This document shows positions 19,418-31,065 of a DNA stretch of 64,000 nucleotides, in pieces; positions within the stretch are counted from its first letter, which is position 1, and each line of letters opens with the position of its first letter. Made by a program: the position numbers and the translations under genes. The notes below the pieces were generated by a model. It had not been told where the DNA came from, ran no database searches, and was given only the letters and a program-made list of their open reading frames with translations. Source of the DNA: Syntrophales bacterium (GTDB taxonomy: Bacteria; Desulfobacterota; Syntrophia; Syntrophales; UBA2210); the NCBI GenBank assembly GCA_963666365.2, contig CAXXNF010000001.1, forward strand, positions 1,376,001 to 1,440,000, read 5' to 3'.

Positions 19418-22093
19418 ATGTCTAAAACGAGAGTGTATGAATTGGCCAAAGAGCTTGAAATCGACGCGAAAGATCTTATCGCCCGTCTGGAAAAACTCGG
19501 CATTGCGGTGAAATCTCACTCGAGCACGCTCGAGGATGATGATGTGGCGCGGGCGCGGCGCGAGCTTGCCCTGGGAGAGCGTGACAAGATTGTCGAGAAA
19601 AGGGTAAAGGCCACCGTTATACGGCGCAGGGCGATTCGAGATCGTGCCGGGAAGGAAATTTCTCCGGAGGCGGTGGAACCCGGAACACCGGAACAGGAAG
19701 AGGCGGTGTTTCAGCCGGTGGAAGAAGCGAAAAGTGAGAAACCTTTTCCTCCGGCCGAAGAGAAGATGCTGCCGGAGAAGGAAAGGCCGCCATCAGAGAA
19801 AGAGAGCCCTCCTGAGACGAAAAAGGAACAGGAAGAGGCGAAAGGGGAAGTGGACGCTGCGGTGCTCCCGCAAGAGGCGGCGCCCGGTGAAATGCCGGCC
19901 GAAGAAAAGTTGGAAGAGGGTGTGTCGAAACAGGAGGAAGCTCCGGTCGAAGAGGCGCAGCCGGTGCTTGAAAAGGAAGAAGGGGCGCCTGCGGTTGAGC
20001 CGCTTCAGGAAGAGAAAGCGACGGCGACTCCTGTCGCGGAATTAAAGAAATCGGCGGAGGTGAAAACACCTCCGGAAGTAAAGCAACAAGAAGGCGCCGA
20101 AAAGAAGGAGACGGCCGAGGAAAAGGAAGCGAGAGAAGAAGCGGCAAAGAAGCGCAAACGCCCCGTTTCGGTGGTAGTCGAGGAGACGCCGGTTCGGAAA
20201 AAGGCCTTTATAAAGCAGATCGTCGAGAGAAAAGAACGACGGGGAGGGCGAGAGCGCGATGCAGAACACATAAAAAGCTGGAAGGAAGAGAAGAAGCCCG
20301 TTGCCGTGGTGATGAAGAAAACGGAAATCACCACACCCAAGGCGATCAAGCGGAGAATCAAAGTCGATGAGGCGATACGGGTCGGCGATCTGGCAAAAAA
20401 GATGGGAGTGAAGACGAACGAAGTCATGAGTAAACTGATATCGCTCGGCATGATGGTCACCATCAATCAATCCATTGATACCGATGTGGCCTCTCTCGTC
20501 GCCGGTGAATTCGGCTACCAGATTGAAGCAGTCAATTTAGAAATGGAAGAGGCAATTCCTCAAATCGAGGCGTCCCCGGAAAAACTGAAGCCGCGCGCAC
20601 CCGTGGTGACCGTCATGGGACATGTCGATCATGGGAAAACGTCGCTCCTCGATGTGATAAGGAAAACAAGCGTGACGGAGGATGAAACCGGAGGCATCAC
20701 ACAGGCCATCGGCGCCTATCATGTCACCATCAACGACCGTGAAATCGTATTTCTCGATACGCCGGGACACGAGGCCTTCACCACTATGCGTGCACGCGGC
20801 GCCAGGGTTACCGACATTGTCGTTCTTGTGGTTGCCGCCGATGATGGAGTGATGGATCAGACCAAAGAGGCAATTAACCATTCGAAGGCAGCCAACGTGC
20901 CCATAATCGTGGCCGTTAACAAGATTGACAAACCGGGGGCCGATCCGGCGCGGATCAAGCAGCAACTTTCCGAATATGGACTGGTGCCGGAGGAGTGGGG
21001 AGGAGACACCATCTTTGCAGAAGTATCGGCAAAACAAAAAACAGGCATTGAAGAACTGTTGGAACTTATTCTCCTCCAGGCCGACATCATGGACCTGCAG
21101 GCAGATCCCGACAGGCCCGCCAAGGGAATCGTCATAGAAGCAAAGCTCGACAAGGGCAGGGGGCCGGTGGCAACCGTGATTATACAGGAGGGTACGCTTT
21201 CCGAAGGCGACGCCTTTGTGTGTAAAACGGAATACGGAAAGGTCCGCGCCATGATGAATGATAAGGGAATGCGTATGCACACCGCAGGTCCGTCCATGCC
21301 GGTCGAGGTAATCGGATTTTCCAGAGTGCCTGCAGCGGGGGTTGATTTCGTCTCGGTGGAGGATGAAAAAAAGGCCCGCGGCATCGGAGAATATTGGTTG
21401 CGGAAAGAGCGTGAAAAGAAACTTTCAAGCACCTCAAAAATAACGCTGGAGCAGCTCTATGACCGCATCAAGGAAGGCGCCAAGGAGCTCAAGGTTATTC
21501 TCAAGGCCGATGTGCAGGGGTCCGTTGAAGCCCTGTCGGAAGCACTGGTGAAGATCGGTTCGGAAGACATCAGTCTCACTATTATTCACGCGTCTACGGG
21601 TACGATCACCGAAACCGACGTCATGCTTGCCTCGGCATCGGATGCCGTCATCATCGGTTACCGGATCAGGCCGGAAGCGAGAATTATGGATCTGGCCGAG
21701 AAAGAGGGCGTGGATCTGAAATTTTATGAGGTCATCTACGATGCAATTGCGGAGATCAAGGCGGCCATGGAAGGACTCCTGGAGCCTGTTTTTGAAGAGA
21801 TGCATGAAGGGTATGCCGAAGTGAGAGAACTGTTCCGTGTTCCCAAGATAGGCATGATTGCAGGAAGTTATGTGACTGACGGGAAGCTGGTGAGAAACGC
21901 GGAGCTGCGGTTGATTCGAGACGGGGTGGTAATTTTTAAAGGAAAATTCCTTTCGCTGAGACGGTTCAAAGACGATGTGAAAGAGGTGCAGTCCGGGTTT
22001 GAGTGCGGAATCGGAATAGAGGGATACGATGATATCAAGGTGGGCGATGTCATCGAGGCATTCACAAAGAAGAGAATTGAACGCACCCTGTAA
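19418..22093 (+). CDS. infB: Translation initiation factor IF-2
   Basis: [10 protein letters not shown]-terminus, [17 protein letters not shown]. Confidence 0.99.
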   Translation: MSKTRVYELAKELEIDAKDLIARLEKLGIAVKSHSSTLEDDDVARARRELALGERDKIVEKRVKATVIRRRAIRDRAGKEISPEAVEPGTPEQEEAVFQPVEEAKSEKPFPPAEEKMLPEKERPPSEKESPPETKKEQEEAKGEVDAAVLPQEAAPGEMPAEEKLEEGVSKQEEAPVEEAQPVLEKEEGAPAVEPLQEEKATATPVAELKKSAEVKTPPEVKQQEGAEKKETAEEKEAREEAAKKRKRPVSVVVEETPVRKKAFIKQIVERKERRGGRERDAEHIKSWKEEKKPVAVVMKKTEITTPKAIKRRIKVDEAIRVGDLAKKMGVKTNEVMSKLISLGMMVTINQSIDTDVASLVAGEFGYQIEAVNLEMEEAIPQIEASPEKLKPRAPVVTVMGHVDHGKTSLLDVIRKTSVTEDETGGITQAIGAYHVTINDREIVFLDTPGHEAFTTMRARGARVTDIVVLVVAADDGVMDQTKEAINHSKAANVPIIVAVNKIDKPGADPARIKQQLSEYGLVPEEWGGDTIFAEVSAKQKTGIEELLELILLQADIMDLQADPDRPAKGIVIEAKLDKGRGPVATVIIQEGTLSEGDAFVCKTEYGKVRAMMNDKGMRMHTAGPSMPVEVIGFSRVPAAGVDFVSVEDEKKARGIGEYWLRKEREKKLSSTSKITLEQLYDRIKEGAKELKVILKADVQGSVEALSEALVKIGSEDISLTIIHASTGTITETDVMLASASDAVIIGYRIRPEARIMDLAEKEGVDLKFYEVIYDAIAEIKAAMEGLLEPVFEEMHEGYAEVRELFRVPKIGMIAGSYVTDGKLVRNAELRLIRDGVVIFKGKFLSLRRFKDDVKEVQSGFECGIGIEGYDDIKVGDVIEAFTKKRIERTL

Positions 22094-22224
22094 GAGAGGC
22101 GTGCCTCATCGCCCTGGAAAGGGAAAATGGAACTAGCCCGGGGGGCTCATGCGGGGGAATGAAGCCTGGCCATTTCCTCCCCGAGAGGGCGCGCGTATTC
22201 CGACAGAGGTGGGGAATCGGAATC

Positions 22225-22563
22225 ATGGTGGTCGGAATAGGCATTATCGAGATCCTTATCGGTGAAAGCCGATCGCTGAAAGAAAAGCGGTCGGTACTGC
22301 GGAAGGTGATTCACAGAACCCAGAACACTTTTTCCCTTACGGTTGCGGAAGTGGGGTCACAGGATAACTGGAAGCGCGGCACACTCGGTTTTGCGGTTAT
22401 AGGAAACGACAGGGGATTTATCGAATCCAAAATGGAGAGCATCGAGCGATTTATCGAGCAACTCCACCTTGTCGAAGTAATAGACTTGAAAAAGGAAGTG
22501 CTCAACATCTCTCACAAGATCGATGGGCGCTATGCCCGAGAAGGCAGGAGTGATGACGATTAA
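22225..22563 (+). CDS. DUF503 (YlxP-like) protein
   Basis: SLKEKRSVL and VAEVGSQD motifs; position between infB and rbfA. Confidence 0.85.
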   Translation: MVVGIGIIEILIGESRSLKEKRSVLRKVIHRTQNTFSLTVAEVGSQDNWKRGTLGFAVIGNDRGFIESKMESIERFIEQLHLVEVIDLKKEVLNISHKIDGRYAREGRSDDD

Positions 22564-22924
22564 GAGGGCCGAGCGTGTTGCAGACCTCATCAAAGAAGAG
22601 GTTTCACGCATAATGCTTCGTGAAATACGGGACCCGCGCATTCAGCAGATCACGATCACCGATGTGAAAGTGACTGATGACCTGCGGTTCGCAAAACTAT
22701 TTTTCGTTCCCCTGGGACAAAACAGTGTACACGAAGAGACACTGGCGGGATTGCGGCAGGCCTGCGGTTTTTTAAGGAAAGAATTGGGAAAGAGATTACG
22801 GCTTCGATATGTGCCGAACATCGAATTTTTATTTGATGAATCCTTTGCCTATGGCGATCGTATCGAACGGATATTGGATGAACTGCACAAGGCGGAGACC
22901 CCTGATGCTGGAGAAGATAGTTGA
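22553..22924 (+). CDS. rbfA: Ribosome-binding factor A
   Basis: RAERVADLI, IRDPRI, LRLRYVP..F..D. Confidence 0.95.
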   Translation: MTIKRAERVADLIKEEVSRIMLREIRDPRIQQITITDVKVTDDLRFAKLFFVPLGQNSVHEETLAGLRQACGFLRKELGKRLRLRYVPNIEFLFDESFAYGDRIERILDELHKAETPDAGEDS

Positions 22925-23909
22925 TGCGATAGATGCCTGCCGAAACGTGCTTGTGGCGTCCCATGTGCGCCCCGACGGGGATTCCGTTGGATCGGCGCTT
23001 GCGATGTACCACCTGTTGAGCGACATGGGCAAGGAGGTGGTTGTCTACAGTGAAGACGAGATTCCACCGATATACCGGTTTCTTCCCGGGGCCGAAAGGG
23101 TGGTGTACAGCCTGGGTTCGATCGATCGTTTTGATGCGGCGGTGCTCCTTGACTGCAGCGAGATCGACAGGGTAGGCGCGGAGGCATCCCGCATAGGCAC
23201 AATCGAGCGAATGATCACCATCGATCATCACATATCAAACCGCACATGCTCGCCGCTTGCGATGATCGATACCGCCGCCAGCTCCACCGGGGAGATACTT
23301 TTCCGCTTGATTGAAGCACTGAAAGGCGACATTACGGTGGATATTGCGGTGAACCTTTATACAGCCATTCTGACGGATACGGGATCCTTTCGATATTCCA
23401 ACACGGGGGCCGACACGTTAAGGACAGCGGCCGAACTGGTGGAGCGGGGAGTGGAACCCCACATAGTGGCGCAGCATGTCTTTGAATCAAAGCCGCGTGT
23501 ACAGCTTCATTTGATGGAGCAGGCGTTGAGAACCCTGGAAATGGACCTTGGCGACAGGGTGGGTTCCATTCATTTGAACCAGCGCATGATGAAGGAAACA
23601 GGGGCAAGGCCGGAACATACGGAAGGATTTGTCGATATGGTCCGCGCTATTGAAGGAGTGGAAGTTGCAATTTTTTACTATGAAATGCCCGATCATCAGT
23701 ATAAGATAAGCCTGCGATCAAAGGGGTCCGTTAATGTTGAAAGGGTGGCCGCTGCCTTCGGCGGCGGCGGGCATGTAAACGCAGCTGCCTGTAGAACGGC
23801 CGGTGATATTGAATCGGTAAAAAAGAAACTCCTTGCCTTGGTGCTCGAGGCGCTCAACCGTGCCGGGACGGCTGATGCCTGCAATGGTCTGGAGGGAGGC
23901 AACGAGTGA
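22905..23909 (+). CDS. nrnA: DHH-family oligoribonuclease/PAP phosphatase
   Basis: HVRPDGD, IDHH, TDTGSF, GGGGHVNAA. Confidence 0.9.
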   Translation: MLEKIVDAIDACRNVLVASHVRPDGDSVGSALAMYHLLSDMGKEVVVYSEDEIPPIYRFLPGAERVVYSLGSIDRFDAAVLLDCSEIDRVGAEASRIGTIERMITIDHHISNRTCSPLAMIDTAASSTGEILFRLIEALKGDITVDIAVNLYTAILTDTGSFRYSNTGADTLRTAAELVERGVEPHIVAQHVFESKPRVQLHLMEQALRTLEMDLGDRVGSIHLNQRMMKETGARPEHTEGFVDMVRAIEGVEVAIFYYEMPDHQYKISLRSKGSVNVERVAAAFGGGGHVNAAACRTAGDIESVKKKLLALVLEALNRAGTADACNGLEGGNE

Positions 23910-23946
23910 GAAGGGCGTGCAATTTCAGGAACAAGGTAAGCACACG

Positions 23947-24879
23947 ATGAATGGGGTGATTGTAGTTGACAAACCGCCGGGGAAAACATCCTTCGACATC
24001 GTGCGTGATGTGAAAAAGGCGCTTGGAATAAAAAAAGTCGGCCATACGGGCACCCTCGATCCCCTGGCGACGGGCGTGCTTCCCCTGTGCATCAACGAGG
24101 CGACGAAATTGGTGCAATTTTTTGCAACGGACGACAAGGAGTACCGGGCGACCATGCTGTGCGGGATCACCACCGATACCCAGGATGTGACCGGCACAAT
24201 AACGGGACGGTCTGAGGTGCGCCTGACGAGAAACGATCTGGAGGCCGTAATAAAGGAGTTTACAGGGACCGTCACACAAAGGGTGCCCCGGTATTCAGCC
24301 TGTAAATATAAGGGGAAGCCCTATTATAAGTGGACGCGGGAAGGCCTGTCCCTCGAGACGCCGGTCAGGAATGTGGAGGTGTATGACATCGTTCTTGAGG
24401 AATTTGTTTCCCCCGCTGCAACGTTGCGCATCTCCTGTTCGAAGGGGACCTACATAAGGACTCTTTGTGCCGACATGGGTGATCGCCTGGGGTGCGGCGC
24501 CTCCCTTTCCGAACTGAGAAGAATACGGAGCGGCCGGTTCAATGAAAGAGACGCCCTCTCGCTGGATCATGCCGGTGATGAGGAGAAGGCGCGTCTTATC
24601 AGTGAGCACATAATTCCAATAAGTGAGGCCCTCGACGACTTCACCGCCATTTCCGTCTGCCGGGAAGTGGCGGAAAAAATCAGGGATGGGTATCAGCCGG
24701 AGATTGAAGCATTCACAAAATCGTCTGTTCCTCCGGTGAACAAAGGTGCGATGGTGAAGATTGTAACGGAATACAATCAACTTATCGCGGTAGCCGAAAT
24801 GCTCCTGTCTTCCGAAGAGTTGCCTCAGGCACACGAAAAGGAGCAGGCGGTAAAGCTTATGAGAGTCTTTAATTGCTGA
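23947..24879 (+). CDS. truB: tRNA pseudouridine(55) synthase
   Basis: KVGHTGTLDPLATGVL, CSKGTYIRTL. Confidence 0.97.
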   Translation: MNGVIVVDKPPGKTSFDIVRDVKKALGIKKVGHTGTLDPLATGVLPLCINEATKLVQFFATDDKEYRATMLCGITTDTQDVTGTITGRSEVRLTRNDLEAVIKEFTGTVTQRVPRYSACKYKGKPYYKWTREGLSLETPVRNVEVYDIVLEEFVSPAATLRISCSKGTYIRTLCADMGDRLGCGASLSELRRIRSGRFNERDALSLDHAGDEEKARLISEHIIPISEALDDFTAISVCREVAEKIRDGYQPEIEAFTKSSVPPVNKGAMVKIVTEYNQLIAVAEMLLSSEELPQAHEKEQAVKLMRVFNC

Positions 24880-24920
24880 ATAGTTATTAAATTGACCGCA
24901 TTAAGGGAGGATACAACACA

Positions 24921-25187
24921 GTGTTAGATGAAGAGAAAAAAAAGGAAATTATAAGCGATTTCAAAAAGCATGAGCAGGACACGGGTTCCCCGGAGGTGCA
25001 GATCGCCCTGCTCAGTGCACGTATCGCCTATTTAACGGATCATTTCAAGGTACACAAGAAGGACCATCATTCCCGTCGGGGACTGCTGAAACTTGTCGGG
25101 CAGAGAAGAAGACTGCTTGATTACCTCAAGAAAAAAGACGTGGAACGTTACCGCGACATTATTAAGCGTCTCGGTTTACGGAGATAA
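24921..25187 (+). CDS. rpsO: 30S ribosomal protein S15
   Basis: [21 protein letters not shown]. Confidence 0.99.
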   Translation: MLDEEKKKEIISDFKKHEQDTGSPEVQIALLSARIAYLTDHFKVHKKDHHSRRGLLKLVGQRRRLLDYLKKKDVERYRDIIKRLGLRR

Positions 25188-25215
25188 CGTCCCTACTAAG
25201 GAGAGAGTGCATACA

Positions 25216-27333
25216 ATGAGCGAAGTGTTTACTGCGGATTTTGCAGGGAAAGAAATAACCATTAAGACCAATTACGTCGCCGGCCAGACGAACGGCGCCG
25301 CCTATGTCCGCTACGGCGATACGGTGGTGCTGGTCACCGCCGTCGCCCAGGCAAGCAAGCGGGAGGGGGGCGATTTTCTGCCTTTGACCGTCGATTACCA
25401 GGAAATGACGTCGGCAGCAGGAAAAATTCCAGGCGGGTTTTTCAAGCGGGAAGGCCGTCCCAACGAAAAGGAAACCCTTACCTCCCGTTTCATCGATCGG
25501 TCCATTCGCCCCCTGTTTCCCGACGGGTACAGCGACGAGACCCAGATTGTTGCAACGGTCCTTTCTTACGACAGCGACAGCGGTTCCGATATTGCCGCCA
25601 TGCTGGGAACATCGGCCGCACTCACCATTTCCGATATTCCCTTCAACGGGCCTATTGCCGGTGTCAGAGTAGGACGGGTAGAGGGTACGCTGGTCTGTAA
25701 TCCGTCCTTAGAGGTCCTTGAAAAAAGCGAGTTGGACCTGTTTCTTGTGGGAAGGAAGGTGGAAGTCGACGCCGCCACGGGCCAATACCAGGTCAACCTT
25801 GTCATGGTGGAAGGGGGCGGTTCTGAAGTATCGGAGGATGCGGTTGTCGAGGCGATTAATTTCGGACTTGACGCGCTGAGATCGGTTATTGATCTTCAGG
25901 ACGAAATGCGCAGGGCCATAGGAAAACCGAAAAAGCAGGTCGCGGTTGCAGAAATCGACGAAGCGCTTCGCAGTAAAGTGCGTGATTACGCTTTTGAAGG
26001 GCTCAATTCGGCCTACCGCATCGCCAAAAAACAGGAACGCTACGAGACAATCGGCGCCGTCAGAAAGGCTGCGATGGAAGAGATCGCCCCGCCGGACGAG
26101 CCGCTTGCGGCCGGCCAGGTGAACGCGATACTGGACGGAATCGAAAGGGATATACTGAGAAACATGATTCTGAATGAGGGTGTCAGGATCGATGCACGAT
26201 CTTCTACGGAGATACGGCCTATTGCCTGTGAGGTGGGAGTGCTTCCACGCACCCACGGCTCGGCGGTTTTTACCCGCGGCGAAACTCAGGCACTGGTGAT
26301 CATGACACTGGGCACCTCCTCGGATGAGCAGCGGCTGGACAGCATCGGTGGCGAAGAGCTGCGCACGTTCATGCTTCATTACAACTTTCCCCCCTACAGC
26401 GTTGGTGAGGTCCGTTTTCTCAGGGGGCCGGGAAGACGTGAAATTGGTCACGGCGCCCTTGCCCGTCGCGCATTGCTTCCCATGATTCCTTCGACTGAGG
26501 AGTTCCCTTACACGATACGGGTCGTATCGGATATTCTTTCATCGAACGGCTCGTCGTCCATGGCCACGGTGTGCGGAGGCACTCTCGCCCTCCTGGACGG
26601 CGGTGTTCCCGTGAAGGGCATGGTAGCGGGTATCGCCATGGGTCTCTTGAAAGAGGGGGAACGCCTCGCCGTGTTGTCGGACATCCTCGGTGATGAAGAT
26701 CATGCAGGGGATATGGATTTCAAAGTATGCGGCACCCGCAAGGGCATTACGGCCATGCAGATGGATATTAAAATCGACGGCATTACGGAAGAAATTTTAC
26801 GAAAGGCCCTTCTTCAGGCAAAGGAAGGAAGGCTTCATATTCTCGGTATTATGGAAAAAGCCCTGTCATCGCCCCGTCCGGAGTTGTCGGCCTATGCCCC
26901 GCGCATTACCACGATGAAGATCAATCCTGAGAGGATTCGCGACGTAATCGGCACTGGCGGAAAAAATATTCGCCATATCATCAGCGAGACAGGCGTGGTC
27001 ATGGATGTCGAGGATGATGGAACGGTGACCATCGCGTCGAATGATGCCGATGCCGCACAGCGCGCCATTGCCATGGTAAAGGCGCTGACCGAAGAGGCGG
27101 AGATCGGGAAGATCTATACCGGAGTGGTGAAAAGGGTCGTCGACTTCGGCGCCTTTGTCGAAATTCTGCCCGGCATTGACGGTCTTGTGCACATATCGCA
27201 GCTTGAAAACAGACGGGTAAGCAAAGTAACCGACGTGATCAACGAAGGTGAGACGGTTTCCGTAAAGGTCATCGACATCGACAAAAACGGCAAGATCAGG
27301 CTGAGCAGGAAAGACGCTCTGGAGGAGAACTGA
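25216..27333 (+). CDS. pnp: Polyribonucleotide nucleotidyltransferase
   Basis: [38 protein letters not shown] and S1 domains. Confidence 0.99.
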   Translation: MSEVFTADFAGKEITIKTNYVAGQTNGAAYVRYGDTVVLVTAVAQASKREGGDFLPLTVDYQEMTSAAGKIPGGFFKREGRPNEKETLTSRFIDRSIRPLFPDGYSDETQIVATVLSYDSDSGSDIAAMLGTSAALTISDIPFNGPIAGVRVGRVEGTLVCNPSLEVLEKSELDLFLVGRKVEVDAATGQYQVNLVMVEGGGSEVSEDAVVEAINFGLDALRSVIDLQDEMRRAIGKPKKQVAVAEIDEALRSKVRDYAFEGLNSAYRIAKKQERYETIGAVRKAAMEEIAPPDEPLAAGQVNAILDGIERDILRNMILNEGVRIDARSSTEIRPIACEVGVLPRTHGSAVFTRGETQALVIMTLGTSSDEQRLDSIGGEELRTFMLHYNFPPYSVGEVRFLRGPGRREIGHGALARRALLPMIPSTEEFPYTIRVVSDILSSNGSSSMATVCGGTLALLDGGVPVKGMVAGIAMGLLKEGERLAVLSDILGDEDHAGDMDFKVCGTRKGITAMQMDIKIDGITEEILRKALLQAKEGRLHILGIMEKALSSPRPELSAYAPRITTMKINPERIRDVIGTGGKNIRHIISETGVVMDVEDDGTVTIASNDADAAQRAIAMVKALTEEAEIGKIYTGVVKRVVDFGAFVEILPGIDGLVHISQLENRRVSKVTDVINEGETVSVKVIDIDKNGKIRLSRKDALEEN

Positions 27334-27359
27334 CAACAAGGGGTTCTATCTATGTGAAA

Positions 27360-27806
27360 ATGAAATCCCTTATTGTCCCCATCAGAAGGGTAGGAGACGC
27401 GGAGGATATTCCCCTGCCCGGCTACATGTCCCCCGGCGCCGCGGGAATGGATCTGTATGCCGTAATCCCCCGGGAGGAGGTGCTTCATCCCGGGGCGCGC
27501 ATGCTCGTGCCGACGGGCATTGCCGTTGCCCTTCCCGAGGGATATGAGGCACAGATACGGCCGCGAAGCGGACTTGCGGTGCGCTACGGCATTACCCTGC
27601 TCAATTCCCCCGGAACGATCGACGCGGATTACCGGGGGGAAATCAAAATTATCATGATTAACCTCGGTGCCGATCCCTTTACGTTGCGCCGGGGAGATCG
27701 CATTGCGCAAATGGTGGTGCATTCGCTGTGTCGCGTTTCATGGCATGAAACAGAACTGCTTGAAATAACTAAGAGAAACGAAGGGGGATTTGGTCACACG
27801 GGATAG
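27360..27806 (+). CDS. dut: dUTP diphosphatase
   Basis: [28 protein letters not shown]. Confidence 0.97.
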   Translation: MKSLIVPIRRVGDAEDIPLPGYMSPGAAGMDLYAVIPREEVLHPGARMLVPTGIAVALPEGYEAQIRPRSGLAVRYGITLLNSPGTIDADYRGEIKIIMINLGADPFTLRRGDRIAQMVVHSLCRVSWHETELLEITKRNEGGFGHTG

Positions 27807-27875
27807 GAGCGGGGGACGCTGAAACGGCATATCAAAGGGAAAAGGTGAGGGTTTCCGGGTAACACTAAATAATTA

Positions 27876-27905
27876 TTGAATTTATATATTTTTTTCTGTT
27901 ATAGT
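27876..27905 (+). promoter_or_regulatory. Sigma70-like promoter upstream of the DUF39-ftsB-pil genes
   Basis: TTGAAT-N18-TATAGT with extended TG in an AT-rich tract. Confidence 0.45.
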
Positions 27906-27934
27906 CATCCCAATCCGAGGGAAACGGGTACTCC

Positions 27935-29116
27935 ATGAAAACACACGCGGTTTCAAAGACATATCAGGAAATAAACAGAAAAATAAAAGAAGGCAAGGCT
28001 GTTGTCGTTACTGCCGAAGAGATAATCGATATTGTTGAAAAAAAGGGGGAAGTCGAAGCCGCGCGCACTGTCGATGTCGTCACTACGGGCACCTTCGGCC
28101 TTATGTGTTCTTCAGGGGCCTTTCTCAACTTCGGGCATACGTCGCCAAAAATAAAGACGTCAAAAATATGGCTGAATAACGTTCCTGCCTACGGGGGAAT
28201 CGCCGCCGTCGATTGTTACATCGGTGCGACGTCGGTTGTCGAGGACGATCCTCTCAACAGCATACATCCCGGCGAATTCAATTACGGCGGAGGGCATGTC
28301 ATTGAGGATCTGGTGGCGGGAAATGTAATAAAGCTGAGAGTTGAAGGCTATGGAACCGATTGCTATCCCGCGCGAAAATTTGAAAAGAATCTTACCATCC
28401 ACGACTTGCGGGACGCGATGCTCTTCAATCCCCGAAATGCCTATCAGAACTACAATTGTGCCGTCAATATGTCGGACAGAACGATTTACACCTATCTGGG
28501 AGTGCTGCGTCCAATGATGGCCAATGCCAATTATTCCACCTCGGGGCAGCTCAGTCCGCTTATAAATGACCCCTATTTCATGACAATCGGTGCGGGAACC
28601 CGCATTTTCCTTGGGGGCGCCCAGGGATACATTGCCTGGCAGGGGACGCAGCACAGTTGGGATGTGCTGCGGGGGGCGAACGGAGTGCCGAAAGAAGGCG
28701 CCGGCACCATTGCCACAATCGGCAATCTCAAGGACATGAGTCCCCAGTGGCTTGTCGGCGCCAGTGTACTGGGATACGGAGTGTCGCTCTATGTGGGCAT
28801 CGGGGTTCCCATTCCCCTGTTGAATGAAGAAATCGTTCGCTACACTGCCGTCAAGGACGAAGACATATATGCGCAGGTCTATGACTACGGCATGGATTAT
28901 CCCAACGGACCGGCACAGAGTATCGGGGAAGTAAGCTACAAGGAATTGCGAAGCGGTTCGATTACGCTGAACGGAAAAAAAATTGACACGGCGCCCATGG
29001 CCAGTTACTATAAGGCTCGTGAAATCGCGTATATTCTGAAAGAATGGATTGCCCGGGGGGATTTTCTGTTGAGTGAACCGCATCAGCGGCTTGCCTGCGC
29101 TGAGCGACCGGAATAA
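27935..29116 (+). CDS. Homocysteine biosynthesis protein (DUF39; aspartate-semialdehyde sulfurtransferase-like)
   Basis: EINRKIKEGKAVV.TAEE, VDVVTTGTFG.MCSSGA, YGGGHVIEDL, NPRNAYQNY, GTRIFLGG. Confidence 0.85.
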   Translation: MKTHAVSKTYQEINRKIKEGKAVVVTAEEIIDIVEKKGEVEAARTVDVVTTGTFGLMCSSGAFLNFGHTSPKIKTSKIWLNNVPAYGGIAAVDCYIGATSVVEDDPLNSIHPGEFNYGGGHVIEDLVAGNVIKLRVEGYGTDCYPARKFEKNLTIHDLRDAMLFNPRNAYQNYNCAVNMSDRTIYTYLGVLRPMMANANYSTSGQLSPLINDPYFMTIGAGTRIFLGGAQGYIAWQGTQHSWDVLRGANGVPKEGAGTIATIGNLKDMSPQWLVGASVLGYGVSLYVGIGVPIPLLNEEIVRYTAVKDEDIYAQVYDYGMDYPNGPAQSIGEVSYKELRSGSITLNGKKIDTAPMASYYKAREIAYILKEWIARGDFLLSEPHQRLACAERPE

Positions 29117-29154
29117 CCGGCGCCTGTCCCTGCGGTCCATTGCCTGGTGGGTGT

Positions 29155-29421
29155 ATGAAAATCGGCAGGGGAATTTTACTGGGATGTCTTCTCGGGGGAC
29201 TGCTGATTGTCTTCGGAGATAAGGGGCTTGTCGATTACCACGAATTGAAGGGAAGACTGGCATCCCTGCAGTCTTCAAACAGAGCGACCGTGAAGGAAAA
29301 CGGGCAGCTCAAAGAAAAGATACTGCTGTTAAGAAGTGATTTACCCTATATAGAAACCGTCGCCAGAAAAGAACTGGGCATGGTAAAAGAAGGGGAGATA
29401 GTCTACCGCTTTATCGATTAA
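29155..29421 (+). CDS. ftsB: FtsB/DivIC septum formation initiator
   Basis: TM segment, GDKG, coiled coil, IETVARKELGMVKEGE. Confidence 0.85.
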   Translation: MKIGRGILLGCLLGGLLIVFGDKGLVDYHELKGRLASLQSSNRATVKENGQLKEKILLLRSDLPYIETVARKELGMVKEGEIVYRFID

Positions 29422-29449
29422 TTCTTTACTGACTATGTAAGGACGATGC

Positions 29450-30517
29450 ATGAAAGTGATCAGCGGTCTCTTTTCCGGAGGGAAAAACATTGTCGGGCTT
29501 GATATTGGATCGCGCGCGCTCAAGCTTGTTGAATTTGCAGACACACCGGGCGGCTATAAGCTAAAAAGCCTTGCCTGGACGCCCCTGGAAAAAGGGATTA
29601 TAGAAAAAGGTCTGCTCAACGACAGCGTCATCCTGACAAAAAAGATCAAGGAACTCTTCAAAAAGGCCAAGTGCAAGACTTCTCAGGTTGCGACGGCTCT
29701 CTCCGGCCATTCAATCGTCATCAACAAGGCAAATTTCCGGAATATGGACGAAGAGGAACTGATTCAGGTCATCAGTGACGAAGCGGGGGAGTATCTTCCC
29801 TTTGACAACATCGAAAATGTCGCCTTCGATATTCACGTGCTGGGGGCACATCCTGAAAATCCGGAGCAGATAGAGGTAATCATCGCCGCCGCTGGCAAGG
29901 AAACGGTTGCAGAGTACCGAAGCGCCATAGAGGGGGCGGGATGCCGCGTTGCAATCATGGATGCCGATTCCTTCGCGCTGGAAACGGCCTATGAAGAAAA
30001 TTATGAATTTAGCGACGAAGACATTGTGGCACTGATCAATATCGGCGCCAGCATTACCAATATCAACATCGTCAGGGGAAATCAGTCGGTGTTCACGCGA
30101 AATATCCTTATGGGGGGCAATGCGATCACCGAGATGATTCAGGCACGGACGGGCGCCTCCTTTGACGAAGCGGAAACCCTGAAAATTGAGAAACTGGGGC
30201 GGGAACTCGTCGGCGATACGGACATGCTGGACTACCTGGAGCCGATATTTGCCGAGATTGAGCGATCCATCGACTTCTTCAGCTCCTCCGTAAGTCTGGC
30301 CTTTATAAAAAAGGTGCTGATCTGTGGCGGCTGCGCCCGGCTGCCGGGTGTCGTTGACGCCCTGGCACAGCGATTGCGTTGTGAAACCGAGCTCTTTGAT
30401 CCCTTTCAGGCCGTTGAATACGATCAGAGCGTATGGAGCCCCGAATATCTCGATGAAATGAAATCGATTGCCGTGATCGGCGTTGGATTGGCACTCAGGA
30501 GAATAGAGGATCTATGA
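29450..30517 (+). CDS. pilM: Type IV pilus alignment protein PilM
   Basis: VGLDIGS actin-like motif, INIGAS, CGGCA, VGLALR. Confidence 0.93.
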   Translation: MKVISGLFSGGKNIVGLDIGSRALKLVEFADTPGGYKLKSLAWTPLEKGIIEKGLLNDSVILTKKIKELFKKAKCKTSQVATALSGHSIVINKANFRNMDEEELIQVISDEAGEYLPFDNIENVAFDIHVLGAHPENPEQIEVIIAAAGKETVAEYRSAIEGAGCRVAIMDADSFALETAYEENYEFSDEDIVALINIGASITNINIVRGNQSVFTRNILMGGNAITEMIQARTGASFDEAETLKIEKLGRELVGDTDMLDYLEPIFAEIERSIDFFSSSVSLAFIKKVLICGGCARLPGVVDALAQRLRCETELFDPFQAVEYDQSVWSPEYLDEMKSIAVIGVGLALRRIEDL

Positions 30518-31062
30518 TAAAAATCAACCTCGTTCCCTACAAGGAAGAAATGAAGAAGGCCCAGGCCATGCGCCAGATAGTGATTATAGCGGCCTCGGTG
30601 ATTCTTCTTGTACTGGCGCTTGTGTCGGTCCATGTCTTTATGACCCTGAGCGTCGGTTCGCTGGAGGCACAAGTCAAGAACGCCTCAAACGAGCTGGAAC
30701 GGCTGAAGGCAATTACGGGCAATCTTGATAAATTCAAGGAAGATAAGGCACTGGTCGAGAAAAAGCTTTCCATTATAAAAAGCCTTGAAGGAAACAGAAA
30801 AATTTCCGTCCACCTGCTGCAGGCCTTGTCGGAACAGGTTCCGGCGGGGCAGATATGGCTTACACTGTTTTCAAAAAATGATATGAGCATCACTATCGAG
30901 GGCATGGCGAAGGATAATGATGCAATCGCGCTTTTTATGAGCCGTCTTGAGGCGAGCCCCTATTTCGAGTCTATTGACCTGGTGACATCGCAGCAGGCGG
31001 TCTATGCCGAAAAAGTCGAACTCATGAAGTTTACGCTGACCTGCATGGTCGGTGCGAGGTAA
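30514..31062 (+). CDS. pilN: Type IV pilus protein PilN
   Basis: MIKINLVP motif, TM, coiled coil, IWLT..IEG.A. Confidence 0.92.
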   Translation: MIKINLVPYKEEMKKAQAMRQIVIIAASVILLVLALVSVHVFMTLSVGSLEAQVKNASNELERLKAITGNLDKFKEDKALVEKKLSIIKSLEGNRKISVHLLQALSEQVPAGQIWLTLFSKNDMSITIEGMAKDNDAIALFMSRLEASPYFESIDLVTSQQAVYAEKVELMKFTLTCMVGAR

Positions 31063-31065
31063 CAC

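Noticed and set aside
19617..20300. Low-complexity Glu/Lys/Pro stretch and overlapping ORFs in infB
   Set aside because: Normal variable IF-2 N-terminal linker
27807..27934. SAM riboswitch before the homocysteine gene
   Set aside because: No S-box core, and the leader after the predicted promoter is too short
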